Of a stretch of DNA of 64,000 nucleotides, positions 1-9,120 are shown one piece after another; positions within the stretch are counted from its first letter, which is position 1; each line of letters begins with the position of its first letter. This DNA is from Gammaproteobacteria bacterium (GTDB lineage: Bacteria; Pseudomonadota; Gammaproteobacteria; JACKNK01). The notes beneath the pieces are model-generated. The model did no database searches and was not told where the DNA came from. It saw only the letters and a list, made by a program, of their open reading frames with translations. Both the position numbers and the translations under genes were made by a program. Location: positions 389,331 to 453,330 of the forward strand of contig JACKNK010000001.1 of the NCBI GenBank assembly GCA_024234955.1. Direction: 5' to 3'.

Positions 1-399
1 GGCGGCAATATGACGGCGGAAACGATCATGCTGCCAATCGAGATTGCCCTCGCTGCGGAAATAATCGAGACCGGTTTCACCGATCGCGACGACTTTCGGA
101 TGTGCCGCCAGTTCGATCAACTCCTGGACGCTTGGATCGTGGCCTTGATCGTGATTCGGATGCACGCCGACCGATGCCGTCACGCGATCGTGCGCTTCGA
201 CAATACGCATCATTTCCGGCCAGTCTTCCAGATTTACGGCCACGCACAGCATCTGCCTGACCCCCAAGTCGCTCGCGGTCGCCATGACCTGATTCATGCC
301 GTCGGCATGCTGATCGAGCTTGAGCATGTCCAGATGACAATGCGAGTCCACCAAGGTGTGCTGCAAAGGAGGCAATTCGGGAAGCGGCTTGTGACCCAT
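1..399 (-). CDS. TatD-family metal-dependent hydrolase. It is 3'-truncated at the window edge, and the ATG (cat) is at 397-399.
   Basis: The minus-strand translation reads MGHKPLPELPPLQHTLVDSHCHLDMLKLDQ...IGETGLDYFR, which carries the classic TatD HCHLD and GETGLD motifs. This ORF is not in the supplied track because it runs off the window. The track's + ORF 10..465 is its antisense. Confidence 0.75.
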   Translation of the reverse strand, partial: MGHKPLPELPPLQHTLVDSHCHLDMLKLDQHADGMNQVMATASDLGVRQMLCVAVNLEDWPEMMRIVEAHDRVTASVGVHPNHDQGHDPSVQELIELAAHPKVVAIGETGLDYFRSEGNLDWQHDRFRRHIAA

Positions 400-520
400 G
401 ACGATGATCCGGGACGAAATGAGCGAACTGCGATTCTAAACAATGCGAAGGGCACCCACGGTTGAACCTTGCCGGGAATTCGCATCCAATCTCCCACGGA
501 ATTTCCTGGGAACCTCAACC

Positions 521-2494
521 ATGCATAGCCTTTGGAACGACACCGACGCCGCTGCCCTGACGAATGATCTGGCACTGCGCGTCTACAGCTCACGGCTTCT
601 GGGTCAGGAACCCGCACTGGTGCTCCACGGCGGCGGCAACACCTCGGTGAAGGTGCGTGAGACCAATACGGTCGGCGAACAGGAAGATCTCCTCTACGTC
701 AAAGGCTCCGGCTGGGATCTCGCCACCATTGAAGCGCCGGGCTATGTCCCGGTGCGCCTCGCGCATCTGCTGAAACTGGCCCAGCTCGAGGAGCTGTCCG
801 ATTCCGCGATGGTCAACGAGTTGAAGACGCATACGACCATTGCCTCGGCGCCAACCCCGTCGGTCGAGGCCATCCTGCACGCCGCCTTGCCCTACAAGTT
901 CGTCGATCACACCCACGCGGACGCCGTGGTGACGATTACCAACACCCCGGATGGCGAAGCGCGCATCCGTGCCCTTTACGGTGACCGGGTTGTCGTCATT
1001 CCTTACGTGATGCCCGGCTTCGACCTGGCGCGGCTGGTCGCCACCTTGTTTGCCAAGCAATCCGGCCCTCACACCGTCGGCATGGTGTTGATGAACCACG
1101 GCATCTTCTCCTTTGGTGAGTCCGCAAAGGAGTCGTACGAACGCATGATCCAACTGGTGACCGAGGCCGAGGACTACCTCGCCGAGAACGGCGCATGGAT
1201 ACTGCCTGAGCCGGTGCAGGTCGAAGATGTACCGCCGTTGCGTGAAAACATTGCGCGGCTGCGCGCCGACATCTCCGCGCATCTGGGGGCCGCCGCGATC
1301 GTCAGTCGCCGTGACGATCCCCGCGCCTGCGAATTTGCTCGCCGCGACGATCTGGCGCGTATCGCCCAGCAAGGCCCGGCTACGCCCGATCACGTCATCC
1401 GCACCAAGCGCGTGCCAATGCTAGGCCGCGATGTCGCGACCTATGCCAGCGATTACCGCACCTACTTTCAGGCCAATGCCGCGAAATCGCGGGTTCCCGT
1501 CACCATGCTGGACCCGGCGCCGCGTGTGATCCTGGATCGCGCGCTGGGGACGCTGACCGTCGGGCGCAGCAGCAAGGAGGCCGATATTGTCGGGGACATC
1601 TACCGTCACACCATCGACATCATCAGCCGCGCAGAAAAACTGGACCGTTGGCAGGCGCTGCCCGAGTTCGACATTTTTGAGGTCGAATACTGGGAACTGG
1701 AGCAAGCCAAGCTGAACAAGGGTGGCAAATCGCCGATGTTTCAGGGTGAGGTCGCCCTGGTGACCGGGGCGGCGTCCGGGATCGGACGCGCCTGTGTCGA
1801 AAGCCTGCTCAAACGGGGGGCGGCGGTGGTCGGACTCGATCTCAATCCAGAAATCATCAACCTGCTGCCGCGCTCGGACTTCCTGGGCGTACGCTGCGAT
1901 GTCACCGACATGACCGCCATTCAGGCCGCACTAGAATCCGCTGTACGCCGCTTCGGCGGCCTCGACATGGTGGTGTTGAACGCGGGAATGTTCCCGGGCG
2001 GACGTGCCGTGGCGGAACTGGATGACGAACTCTGGCGCAAGGTGATGGCGGTCAATCTGGACGCCAATCTGAGCGTGTTGCGCGAGTCCTACCCCCTCTT
2101 GAAGCTCGCCCCCAACAAAGGCCGTGTTGCCGTGGTCGGCTCCAAGAACGTCCCCGCGCCCGGACCGGGTGCGGCAGCCTATTCCGCCTCCAAGGCAGCA
2201 CTGAACCAGTTGATCCGCGTGAGTGCCCTGGAATGGGCCAAGGACGGAATCCGGATCAACTCCGTCCACCCGGATGCCGTATTCGATACCGGTCTGTGGA
2301 CCGACGAAGTTCTGGCGGCACGGGCCGCGCATTACGGCATGACCGTCGAGGCTTACAAGACCAAGAACCTGTTGCGCACCGAGGTGCATTCAGCGGATGT
2401 CGCCGAGATGGTTGCGGAGATGCTCGGGCCGCTCTTCGCGAAGACCACCGCCGCCCAGGTGCCCATCGACGGCGGCAACGACCGGGTTATCTGA
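521..2494 (+). CDS. Bifunctional class II aldolase/adducin-domain plus short-chain dehydrogenase (rhamnulose-1-phosphate aldolase/alcohol dehydrogenase-like).
   Basis: The N-terminal aldolase-II region reads LVLHGGGNTSVK...DHTHAD. The C-terminal SDR region has the Rossmann motif TGAASGIGRA and the active site YSASKAA. I place the start at MHSLWND (ATG 521) rather than at the track start 443. Confidence 0.8.
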   Translation: MHSLWNDTDAAALTNDLALRVYSSRLLGQEPALVLHGGGNTSVKVRETNTVGEQEDLLYVKGSGWDLATIEAPGYVPVRLAHLLKLAQLEELSDSAMVNELKTHTTIASAPTPSVEAILHAALPYKFVDHTHADAVVTITNTPDGEARIRALYGDRVVVIPYVMPGFDLARLVATLFAKQSGPHTVGMVLMNHGIFSFGESAKESYERMIQLVTEAEDYLAENGAWILPEPVQVEDVPPLRENIARLRADISAHLGAAAIVSRRDDPRACEFARRDDLARIAQQGPATPDHVIRTKRVPMLGRDVATYASDYRTYFQANAAKSRVPVTMLDPAPRVILDRALGTLTVGRSSKEADIVGDIYRHTIDIISRAEKLDRWQALPEFDIFEVEYWELEQAKLNKGGKSPMFQGEVALVTGAASGIGRACVESLLKRGAAVVGLDLNPEIINLLPRSDFLGVRCDVTDMTAIQAALESAVRRFGGLDMVVLNAGMFPGGRAVAELDDELWRKVMAVNLDANLSVLRESYPLLKLAPNKGRVAVVGSKNVPAPGPGAAAYSASKAALNQLIRVSALEWAKDGIRINSVHPDAVFDTGLWTDEVLAARAAHYGMTVEAYKTKNLLRTEVHSADVAEMVAEMLGPLFAKTTAAQVPIDGGNDRVI

Positions 2495-2502
2495 AGATTC
2501 GA

Positions 2503-3318
2503 TCAGCCGGTCTCGTCCTCGGACCCTGTGTCGTCGTCGCTACTCCTGGCGCGTTCGGCGCGATGCCGACGAATCCACATCAGGGTAAGCACCGGGCCGG
2601 ATACCACGTAAACCAGGAAACCGCCGAAAACGACCAATGCCGGGTTGATGGCAATCAGTGGGAACGCCAGCGCCAGGATGAGAACGTGCAGAAAACGGAT
2701 GCGCCCACGCAGATCGACCTGCTTGAAGCTGTAATACCGGACATTGCTGACCATCAGAACGCCGGCAAACACGGTGATGCACAACGCAAGCAGATTGAGA
2801 TCATCACCGGCAAAACCGAATTCATTGCCGAACCAGACCATGCCCGCAACCAGCGCGGCGGCGGACGGGCTCGGAAGACCCTGAAAGTAATGCTTGTCGG
2901 CGGTATCCACCTGGGTGTTGAAGCGCGCCAGCCGCAATGCCGTTGACGCCGTGTAAACGAACGCCCCCATCCAGCCGATCTTGAGCCCGAAGCTGCCCCA
3001 GCTGCCCAGACTGTGCAGCGACCATTGGTAGGCAACCAGCGCCGGCGCGACCCCGAAAGCCACCATATCGGTAAGGCTGTCGTACTCCATGCCGAAATCG
3101 CTGGTGGTGTTGGTCAGGCGGGCGACCCGTCCGTCCAGACCGTCCATCACCATGGCGACGAAGATCGCAATCGCCGCGTTGGCGAAATCCCCCGCCATCG
3201 CCGCGAGGATGCTGTAGAAGCCCGCAAACAGGCCTGCCGTGGTGAACAGGTTCGGCAGCAGATATATGCCGCGACGGGGTTTGCGACTGAGATCGGTATT
3301 CGTTTGCTTGGTGCTCAT
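2503..3318 (-). CDS. pssA: CDP-diacylglycerol--serine O-phosphatidyltransferase (CDP-alcohol phosphatidyltransferase family).
   Basis: The motif DGLDGRVARLTNTTSDFGMEYDSLTD matches D-G-x2-A-R-x8-G-x3-D-x3-D. The protein is a 271-aa polytopic membrane protein. Confidence 0.8.
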   Translation of the reverse strand: MSTKQTNTDLSRKPRRGIYLLPNLFTTAGLFAGFYSILAAMAGDFANAAIAIFVAMVMDGLDGRVARLTNTTSDFGMEYDSLTDMVAFGVAPALVAYQWSLHSLGSWGSFGLKIGWMGAFVYTASTALRLARFNTQVDTADKHYFQGLPSPSAAALVAGMVWFGNEFGFAGDDLNLLALCITVFAGVLMVSNVRYYSFKQVDLRGRIRFLHVLILALAFPLIAINPALVVFGGFLVYVVSGPVLTLMWIRRHRAERARSSDDDTGSEDETG

Positions 3319-3374
3319 AGGCCAGTTTGCGATGGTGGGATAACGGTCAGTTTAACAGTCGCCCAGACGCCCGG

Positions 3375-3917
3375 TTATGGCGAGGCGTTGTATGCCATGG
3401 AAAATTCGGCGATGGCCGCCGCTTTGTCACCTTGCGCACCGATACGTTCCCAGAACACATCGAAATCATCGCTCCCGGACTCGATGTCGAACTTCATCGC
3501 GTTTTTCCGACCGGCCAGGAACTGCGAGATATTGATGTTGACCGTGGTGACGTAATCCCGCGCTGCCGCCAACGCGGTGTCCTCAATGATTTCTGGCTGG
3601 TACAGATGCACCCCGTGTATCCAAGCGGGGATGATGAGTCCGGCCTGGGTGCGGCGCGCGTAACTGCGGGCCACTGCTTCGGGGTCGCGGCGCAGATGCA
3701 CGTAAAACACCTCGTTGGGGAAAGCTTGGTCCAGACGACCCAGAAACCAGGCCAGGCGATTGTCGGACTCGATGTGATCCTTGGGATAAGCCAGACGTGC
3801 TGGCCCGAGTTCGGCAACCCGTGTCTCGTGTCCGCTGCTGAAATTGCGGATATGCCGACAGGCCCGATCGAAGGTCATCGAACCGCAACGCCCGGTGCTG
3901 AGGACGAACACATTCAT
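3375..3917 (-). CDS. Small sulfotransferase-family protein (putative).
   Basis: The N-terminal LSTGRCGSMTF resembles the 5'-PSB P-loop. HLRRDPEAVARSYARR resembles the 3'-PB motif (RxP...S.Y). Its ATG overlaps the stop of the upstream GT2 (ATGA at 3914-3917). Confidence 0.5.
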   Translation of the reverse strand: MNVFVLSTGRCGSMTFDRACRHIRNFSSGHETRVAELGPARLAYPKDHIESDNRLAWFLGRLDQAFPNEVFYVHLRRDPEAVARSYARRTQAGLIIPAWIHGVHLYQPEIIEDTALAAARDYVTTVNINISQFLAGRKNAMKFDIESGSDDFDVFWERIGAQGDKAAAIAEFSMAYNASP

Positions 3918-5668
3918 GCACGGCTCCGAATTGCGGTCAGGGACTGGCTCCAGGCGGCGCGATCGGCGTTCAAGGCCAACAGTGCATCGCAGATCGCGGC
4001 TCGGCGAGCTTGCGAGGATTCGGCGACTCCTGGACGTCCTTCATGCCCGCCAAAATTGCGCGCGATGTTGGCGATGAAGGCATCAAACCGGCGCGATGTC
4101 TGCGCGTCGTTGAACCCCTTCCCCGTCAAGGCCGAAAACGCGCTCTGCACGCGTTCGAGTTTCACGAGGATGGTGCGTTGTTTGTCGATATAGCGCTGCT
4201 CCAGTTCTGCCATGGCCGCATCGACCTGCGCCTCGATTGCAGCGCGCCCGACGTCGGTTTCCGGGTACCCCTCGGCAATCAGGCGCTCGACGGTGAACAA
4301 CATCACATCGCCCCAGAATTGACGCTCGAACTCGCCGGACAGATCGACCTCGTTACGGACCCGGTCCACCCCGGGTCTGAATTCGGCACGTCCGGAACTG
4401 GCGGCGGTACGGGTGTGCAACAAAGGCAGATTCGCGGATACGAAGCGCCCCCCTAGCCGCGCCTTGATCAGCCGTCCAAGTACCGGCCCGGCCATCCGCA
4501 ACTTGAGTGGGGCAAAAGGGATGAAGTGCTCCAGGCCCCGGGTATTGATCACATAGTTGCCGGTGTAGACGGTGCGTGCCGGCGTCGTGTCGTCCAGGGA
4601 TCCGAGGTATTCGAAATGGCTGAGCCGGGTCGGATGCTCGCCATCGAAGAATCGATCCAGATGCGCGGCAAAACCGGCAAGGCAATCCCGATGATCGTGA
4701 TCGCCGTTTCGCGTGCAGCGATAGCGGAAGGCCTCTGCCGGCTTGAACCCGAACAGATCGGCCATGTCGTGATAGGCCGCATCGTTAGCCTGCCGGGCAT
4801 TGTCGCCATGAAAGGTGCAGGCCGCCGATGGCGCCAGATCACTGAGCTCATTCAGCAACAGCAACACATCGTCGAGAAAATTGCCGGCCATCACCGCTGG
4901 CGAAACCGGCGGATCGCCGACCACCTTGCCGGTCAACACATCGACATCGCCGCGCGAAAAGATCCGATCCAGGGTATGGAAATAGCTGATGCCATTGACG
5001 TCCCGGCCGCGATCGCCGTCGGGGATACGTACCTTGAACTGTTCATCGCTATCGACGAAAAAGAACAGGCGGTCCGGGGTCGCCAGTTCCGCGAGGCGCA
5101 GGTAAGCGAGATTGCGGCTTACCGAGGCACCTTTATGCGGATGCGCGGCACGGGCACCAAGCACATGATCCAGTGCCCCGCGATCCGGCAACGCTGCAAG
5201 ACACCGATGTTGCGCGTCCGTGCCGAAATATTCGGTGTTCAAGCCCTGAGCGCTGAATTCCTCCGCCAGATTCCGGTTGGCCGCCACGTTCCTCGCACTC
5301 GCCGAATCATCCGCAATCAGCGCGCGCACCTTGCAGAACTGGCCATCTGCCATTCCGCCGTAACGAAAGTCACGACACTGACCGAGCAGCGAATCCAGAA
5401 CCGCCCGCAATTGTTCCGGTCGATCCGCGACCGGAATCACCACGATGAATTCATGGCGTCCTGCAACGGGCAACGCATCGCGGTAGGAAGCAAGCGCTGA
5501 GGCCGACGCCCCGGTCTCCCAGACTTGCGCCTCGCAATTCGCGATCTCCGTCACCGCCACCTCGCAGCGGTGCATGGACAAGGGCAAACATTGCGCCCTG
5601 GCGCTGCGTTCGCAAACACAGTACGACCCGCCGCGATCACCGGTTGGTCTCGTAATTCGGAAAGGCAT
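3914..5668 (-). CDS. Family-2 glycosyltransferase-like protein, large (584 aa) with a long C-terminal extension.
   Basis: EFIVVIPVADRPEQLRAVLDSL is a GT-A N-terminus. IADDSAS is a DD motif. FVDSDEQF is a DxD motif. The track start at 5668 overlaps the upstream TPP gene by 32 nt. An alternative start at MHRCEV (~5575) would remove that overlap. Confidence 0.6.
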   Translation of the reverse strand: MPFRITRPTGDRGGSYCVCERSARAQCLPLSMHRCEVAVTEIANCEAQVWETGASASALASYRDALPVAGRHEFIVVIPVADRPEQLRAVLDSLLGQCRDFRYGGMADGQFCKVRALIADDSASARNVAANRNLAEEFSAQGLNTEYFGTDAQHRCLAALPDRGALDHVLGARAAHPHKGASVSRNLAYLRLAELATPDRLFFFVDSDEQFKVRIPDGDRGRDVNGISYFHTLDRIFSRGDVDVLTGKVVGDPPVSPAVMAGNFLDDVLLLLNELSDLAPSAACTFHGDNARQANDAAYHDMADLFGFKPAEAFRYRCTRNGDHDHRDCLAGFAAHLDRFFDGEHPTRLSHFEYLGSLDDTTPARTVYTGNYVINTRGLEHFIPFAPLKLRMAGPVLGRLIKARLGGRFVSANLPLLHTRTAASSGRAEFRPGVDRVRNEVDLSGEFERQFWGDVMLFTVERLIAEGYPETDVGRAAIEAQVDAAMAELEQRYIDKQRTILVKLERVQSAFSALTGKGFNDAQTSRRFDAFIANIARNFGGHEGRPGVAESSQARRAAICDALLALNADRAAWSQSLTAIRSRA

Positions 5669-7292
5669 CCTTGTCGATGAACAACTCGATCAGGTTGATG
5701 CCCGCCACAAAATCGGCGGCCTCGAATGCCGCATCGAGATCGGTTTCACGCTCGATCCGGAAGTGCGCGATCCCGAACGAGGCGGCGAGTTGGGCATAGT
5801 CCGGATTGACGAAATCGCAGTCGATGTAGCGTTGTTCGTATTTCTGAAACTGGTTCTTGCGAACCAAGCCCATCGTCGCATTGTTGAACAGGATCACGGT
5901 CAACGGGATCCGGTAATTCACCGCCGTCATCAGTTCCATGCAACACATCTGGAACCCGCCATCCCCGATAATCGCGAAAGTCGGACGATCCTCGGCAAAA
6001 CGCGCCCCGATCGCGGCGGGAATCCCGTGCCCGAGCGACGAGATGCCGGAATTCGGATAAAAACGGTTGCCGCTGGAAACCCGGAAAAAGTTCTGCGCAA
6101 AGATGATGTTGTCGTCGAAGACCTGAATCCCGTCCGGAAACCGTGCCTGCAACACCTCAAAGAAGTGCTTGACCAAGCTGAACTGCGCATCGAAGACCGG
6201 CGAGCCGACCGCCGTAAAGTCACTGCGACCGGGTAGCGGCGCGATCTGCTTGGCGGCGACGCCGCGCGCCTTGAGTCGGTCGCGGAGGTCTTCGAGCACG
6301 TCCTTGAGATCGGCGCAGATCGCCACATCGGCGCGGAACACTTTTTCGAGCTGATCCGGATTGTTGTCGATCTGGGCAATGCGCTTGTTGTCAAGCAGAC
6401 CGTGATCCCACAAATAGCTGGTCCGCTCATTGAAGGCCGCGCCCAGAAACACGATCAGATCGGCATGTTCGACGATGTACTGATAGGCCGAGCCATCCGA
6501 AGTCACCCCCAGACTGCCCAGCGACAGCGGCCCCTGTTCACAGATGACGCCCTTGCCCTTGAGGCTGGTGGTGACCGGCACGTTCAACATCTCGGAGAGA
6601 TCCGACACCACATTGCCGGCATTGGCGAGCATGCAGCCATAACCCGCCACGATCACTGGATTCCTGGCATCCTGAACGAGGTCGGCGAGCCGGTTGTAAA
6701 GCGGCGATTCCCGGGCATCGCGGCGGCTGGCTCGGCGCGTCAGCACCTTGTCCAGGACCGACTCATCGACCAGCTCCTGTTGCACGTTGTACGGAAAGCT
6801 CAGCAACACCGGCCCGGGGTTGTCGGAAAGCAGAATCTGCGAGGCGCGATTGAGCACGTTCGCCAGGTAATCGCCCCGCTCGACGATCTTGTTGTAACGC
6901 GTGATACCCGAGAACAGCGCGTTCTGATCGACACTGCCGCCCTCCCCCGAGCTTTCCTGCATGCCACCCTTGCCGAAAATATGCGTGGATGTCTCACCCG
7001 TGATCACCAGCACCGGCTGCTTGTCCACATAGGCGTTGGCAATACCGGTCACCAGGTTGGTCGCACCCGGACCGGCGGTGGTGATGCAGGCGCCAATCTT
7101 TCCCGAGGCACGCGCATAGCCCCCGGCCATGAACGAGGCGCCTTGTTCATGCTTGACCAGTACCGTCCGGATGGCAGACGCAAAGAGGCCGTCGTAGACC
7201 GGCAGGATGTGCGCGCCAGGCATTCCGAAGATCACTTCGATGCCAAGGCGTTCCATATAGCGAACGAGCAATTCGCTTACTTGAACGTTCAT
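5637..7292 (-). CDS. Thiamine-pyrophosphate-dependent enzyme of the acetolactate-synthase-like family; substrate unknown.
   Basis: N-terminal Pyr domain: GMPGAHILPVYDGL...TAGPGATNLVTGIANAY. C-terminal TPP-binding motif: IGDGGFQM...NN. Not clearly canonical IlvB. Confidence 0.8.
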   Translation of the reverse strand: MNVQVSELLVRYMERLGIEVIFGMPGAHILPVYDGLFASAIRTVLVKHEQGASFMAGGYARASGKIGACITTAGPGATNLVTGIANAYVDKQPVLVITGETSTHIFGKGGMQESSGEGGSVDQNALFSGITRYNKIVERGDYLANVLNRASQILLSDNPGPVLLSFPYNVQQELVDESVLDKVLTRRASRRDARESPLYNRLADLVQDARNPVIVAGYGCMLANAGNVVSDLSEMLNVPVTTSLKGKGVICEQGPLSLGSLGVTSDGSAYQYIVEHADLIVFLGAAFNERTSYLWDHGLLDNKRIAQIDNNPDQLEKVFRADVAICADLKDVLEDLRDRLKARGVAAKQIAPLPGRSDFTAVGSPVFDAQFSLVKHFFEVLQARFPDGIQVFDDNIIFAQNFFRVSSGNRFYPNSGISSLGHGIPAAIGARFAEDRPTFAIIGDGGFQMCCMELMTAVNYRIPLTVILFNNATMGLVRKNQFQKYEQRYIDCDFVNPDYAQLAASFGIAHFRIERETDLDAAFEAADFVAGINLIELFIDKDAFPNYETNR

Positions 7293-7500
7293 TCCGATTC
7301 TGACCGTGTGTTGCGCGACCGGTGGCTACCTGACCACCCCGGACGATCAATGTTTTAGTTTGAGCACACCCAGGACGTGCATCGGGCGAGACCAGCCGAA
7401 ATTTAACCCAGATCAGCCACCCGAACATCCACGCGCTCTCCGCCCCAGTAGTGATGCGCTATCCTGACCAAGAACCGGTAACCGGACGGAGACAACAACA

Positions 7501-8043
7501 ATGGGATCATCCCGAAAACTGGAAGACCTTACCGACGAGGTCGCCGCCAACGCCAAACGCGTCGTCGAAGTGCTTGATGGCGTCGGTATCGATCTGCTGA
7601 TCTATTGCACCCTTCGACCTCTCGAAGAACAGGCGCGCTTGTACCGCCAATCGCGCCCCTGGTCGAAGATCAAAAGCAAGATTCTCGACTTTCAGAATCG
7701 CGGTTACGGCTACCTCGGCGACGTCCTCGAACAAGTCGGTCCGTGCAGCGGCCCACATGTCACCAACGCCGCGCCCGGCGAATCCTGGCACAACTACGCC
7801 GAAGCCTGGGATGCGGTGCCATTGATCGGTGGCAAACCCGCCTGGAGCTATTTCGACGCCCGTCCGGAATGGGACGCCTACGGGGAATGTGTGCGCCAGG
7901 TCGGCATGGTATGGGCTGGCGACTGGACCAACTTCCGCGAATACCCACACGCGCAGAAACGTCCGGGCGGAAATCCGCTTCGGGAATCCGATCCCGACAC
8001 CATCCATGAAATCCTGGTCGGCAACGGCCTGCTCACCACCTGA
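7501..8043 (+). CDS. Peptidase M15-family (D-Ala-D-Ala carboxypeptidase or phage L-alanyl-D-glutamate endolysin-like) protein.
   Basis: ESWHNYAEAWDAV matches the M15 SxHxxGxAxD zinc-ligand motif (A replaces G). The protein is 180 aa with no signal peptide, typical of phage endolysins. Confidence 0.6.
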   Translation: MGSSRKLEDLTDEVAANAKRVVEVLDGVGIDLLIYCTLRPLEEQARLYRQSRPWSKIKSKILDFQNRGYGYLGDVLEQVGPCSGPHVTNAAPGESWHNYAEAWDAVPLIGGKPAWSYFDARPEWDAYGECVRQVGMVWAGDWTNFREYPHAQKRPGGNPLRESDPDTIHEILVGNGLLTT

Positions 8044-8060
8044 TACCGGGAGGAAACCCA

Positions 8061-8855
8061 ATGTCTTTCTCTATCCCCTTGCTGGCCATGTTGCCCTCGA
8101 TCTTCTCGACGGTCGCCAAAGTGACCGATCTCTTCAACGCTGGCAAAAAGGTGGTCGAAACCGTTACCGGTGAACCGTCCAAGGCCTCGAACCCGACCGA
8201 ACTGCAGCAAGAAGTCACCCAGCTCCCACAAGCCAAACAGGCTCAATGGGCGGAGATCATGAGTCAGAAAATCGATCTCTATAAGGCCGAAACCGATCGC
8301 TTGGAAATCGAAGAGGGGCGGATCGACCGCAACATCACCAGCAAACTTACGCCGAAAGCCGCCAACGAAATCGCCATCATGCGTCAGACTACGCGCCCCT
8401 GGGCGGTGCGCATGATGGTGCATTACGTATTCTTTCCCTGGTATCTGATCGTCATCGATCTCGTTCAGGAACTCTTCAACCGCTGGATATTGAAGGGGCT
8501 GTTCCAGGCAGAACACGGCGTCGATGTGTTCAACACCTTCAACCACGTCTTCGGAACCGTGGTGCGTGGCGCGCAGGAAGCCAGCGAAACCAACGCCGCA
8601 GAAGCCATCCAGATACTGACTTCCGGCGCCACCACAATGAGTGCGATGTACATGGAGTCGGTTGGCTGGGCCACCGCCATCATCATCACTTACATGGGCC
8701 TGCGCGAATACAGCAAAGCCAAGGGCACCAGCGGCGACACCCCGAACCCAGGGATCGTGGCTGACCCCAGCAAGGATGTGATGGAGAGCGTGACCGGCGT
8801 ACTGGAAGGCAGCGCGGAACTGATCGCCAAGGTGCGGCGTGCCTTCGAGAAATGA
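8061..8855 (+). CDS. Putative holin-like membrane protein with 3 predicted TM segments.
   Basis: It lies 18 nt downstream of the M15 peptidase. There are three hydrophobic segments: an N-terminal one, VHYVFFPWYLIVIDLV, and WATAIIITYMGL. Long charged linkers sit between them. The architecture resembles 3-TM holins. This is an inference only. Confidence 0.4.
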   Translation: MSFSIPLLAMLPSIFSTVAKVTDLFNAGKKVVETVTGEPSKASNPTELQQEVTQLPQAKQAQWAEIMSQKIDLYKAETDRLEIEEGRIDRNITSKLTPKAANEIAIMRQTTRPWAVRMMVHYVFFPWYLIVIDLVQELFNRWILKGLFQAEHGVDVFNTFNHVFGTVVRGAQEASETNAAEAIQILTSGATTMSAMYMESVGWATAIIITYMGLREYSKAKGTSGDTPNPGIVADPSKDVMESVTGVLEGSAELIAKVRRAFEK

Positions 8856-9120
8856 GTTTATCCTCGGTGGCTGTCCTCGCTTGACAGCGACCGAGCAAGA
8901 CCTGAATCTTGGCTCCATGAATTCCGTGATCGTACTCGGCACCAAATCCTGGCTACGTTGGCAACACAACGTCGCCGTTGCCGTGGTGTGATCAAGGTTC
9001 TCCCAGCCTCACTCTGATACCCCCAGGCAGCCGCAGATCACCGTCGCGACTGCCTTTTGTTTTCTGCCCTTTCCGTTCCGCGTCATGTGATCCCGGCTCC
9101 GCTACTGCAAGGAGCGACAC

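Noticed and set aside
10-465. Track ORF of 151 aa on the + strand.
   Set aside because: It is antisense to a clearly recognisable TatD-family gene (HCHLD / GETGLDY motifs) read on the minus strand from 399 to the window edge.
7501-8855. Calling this region a prophage.
   Set aside because: Only two lysis-type genes are present. No integrase, repressor, terminase or structural genes occur within the flanking several kb.
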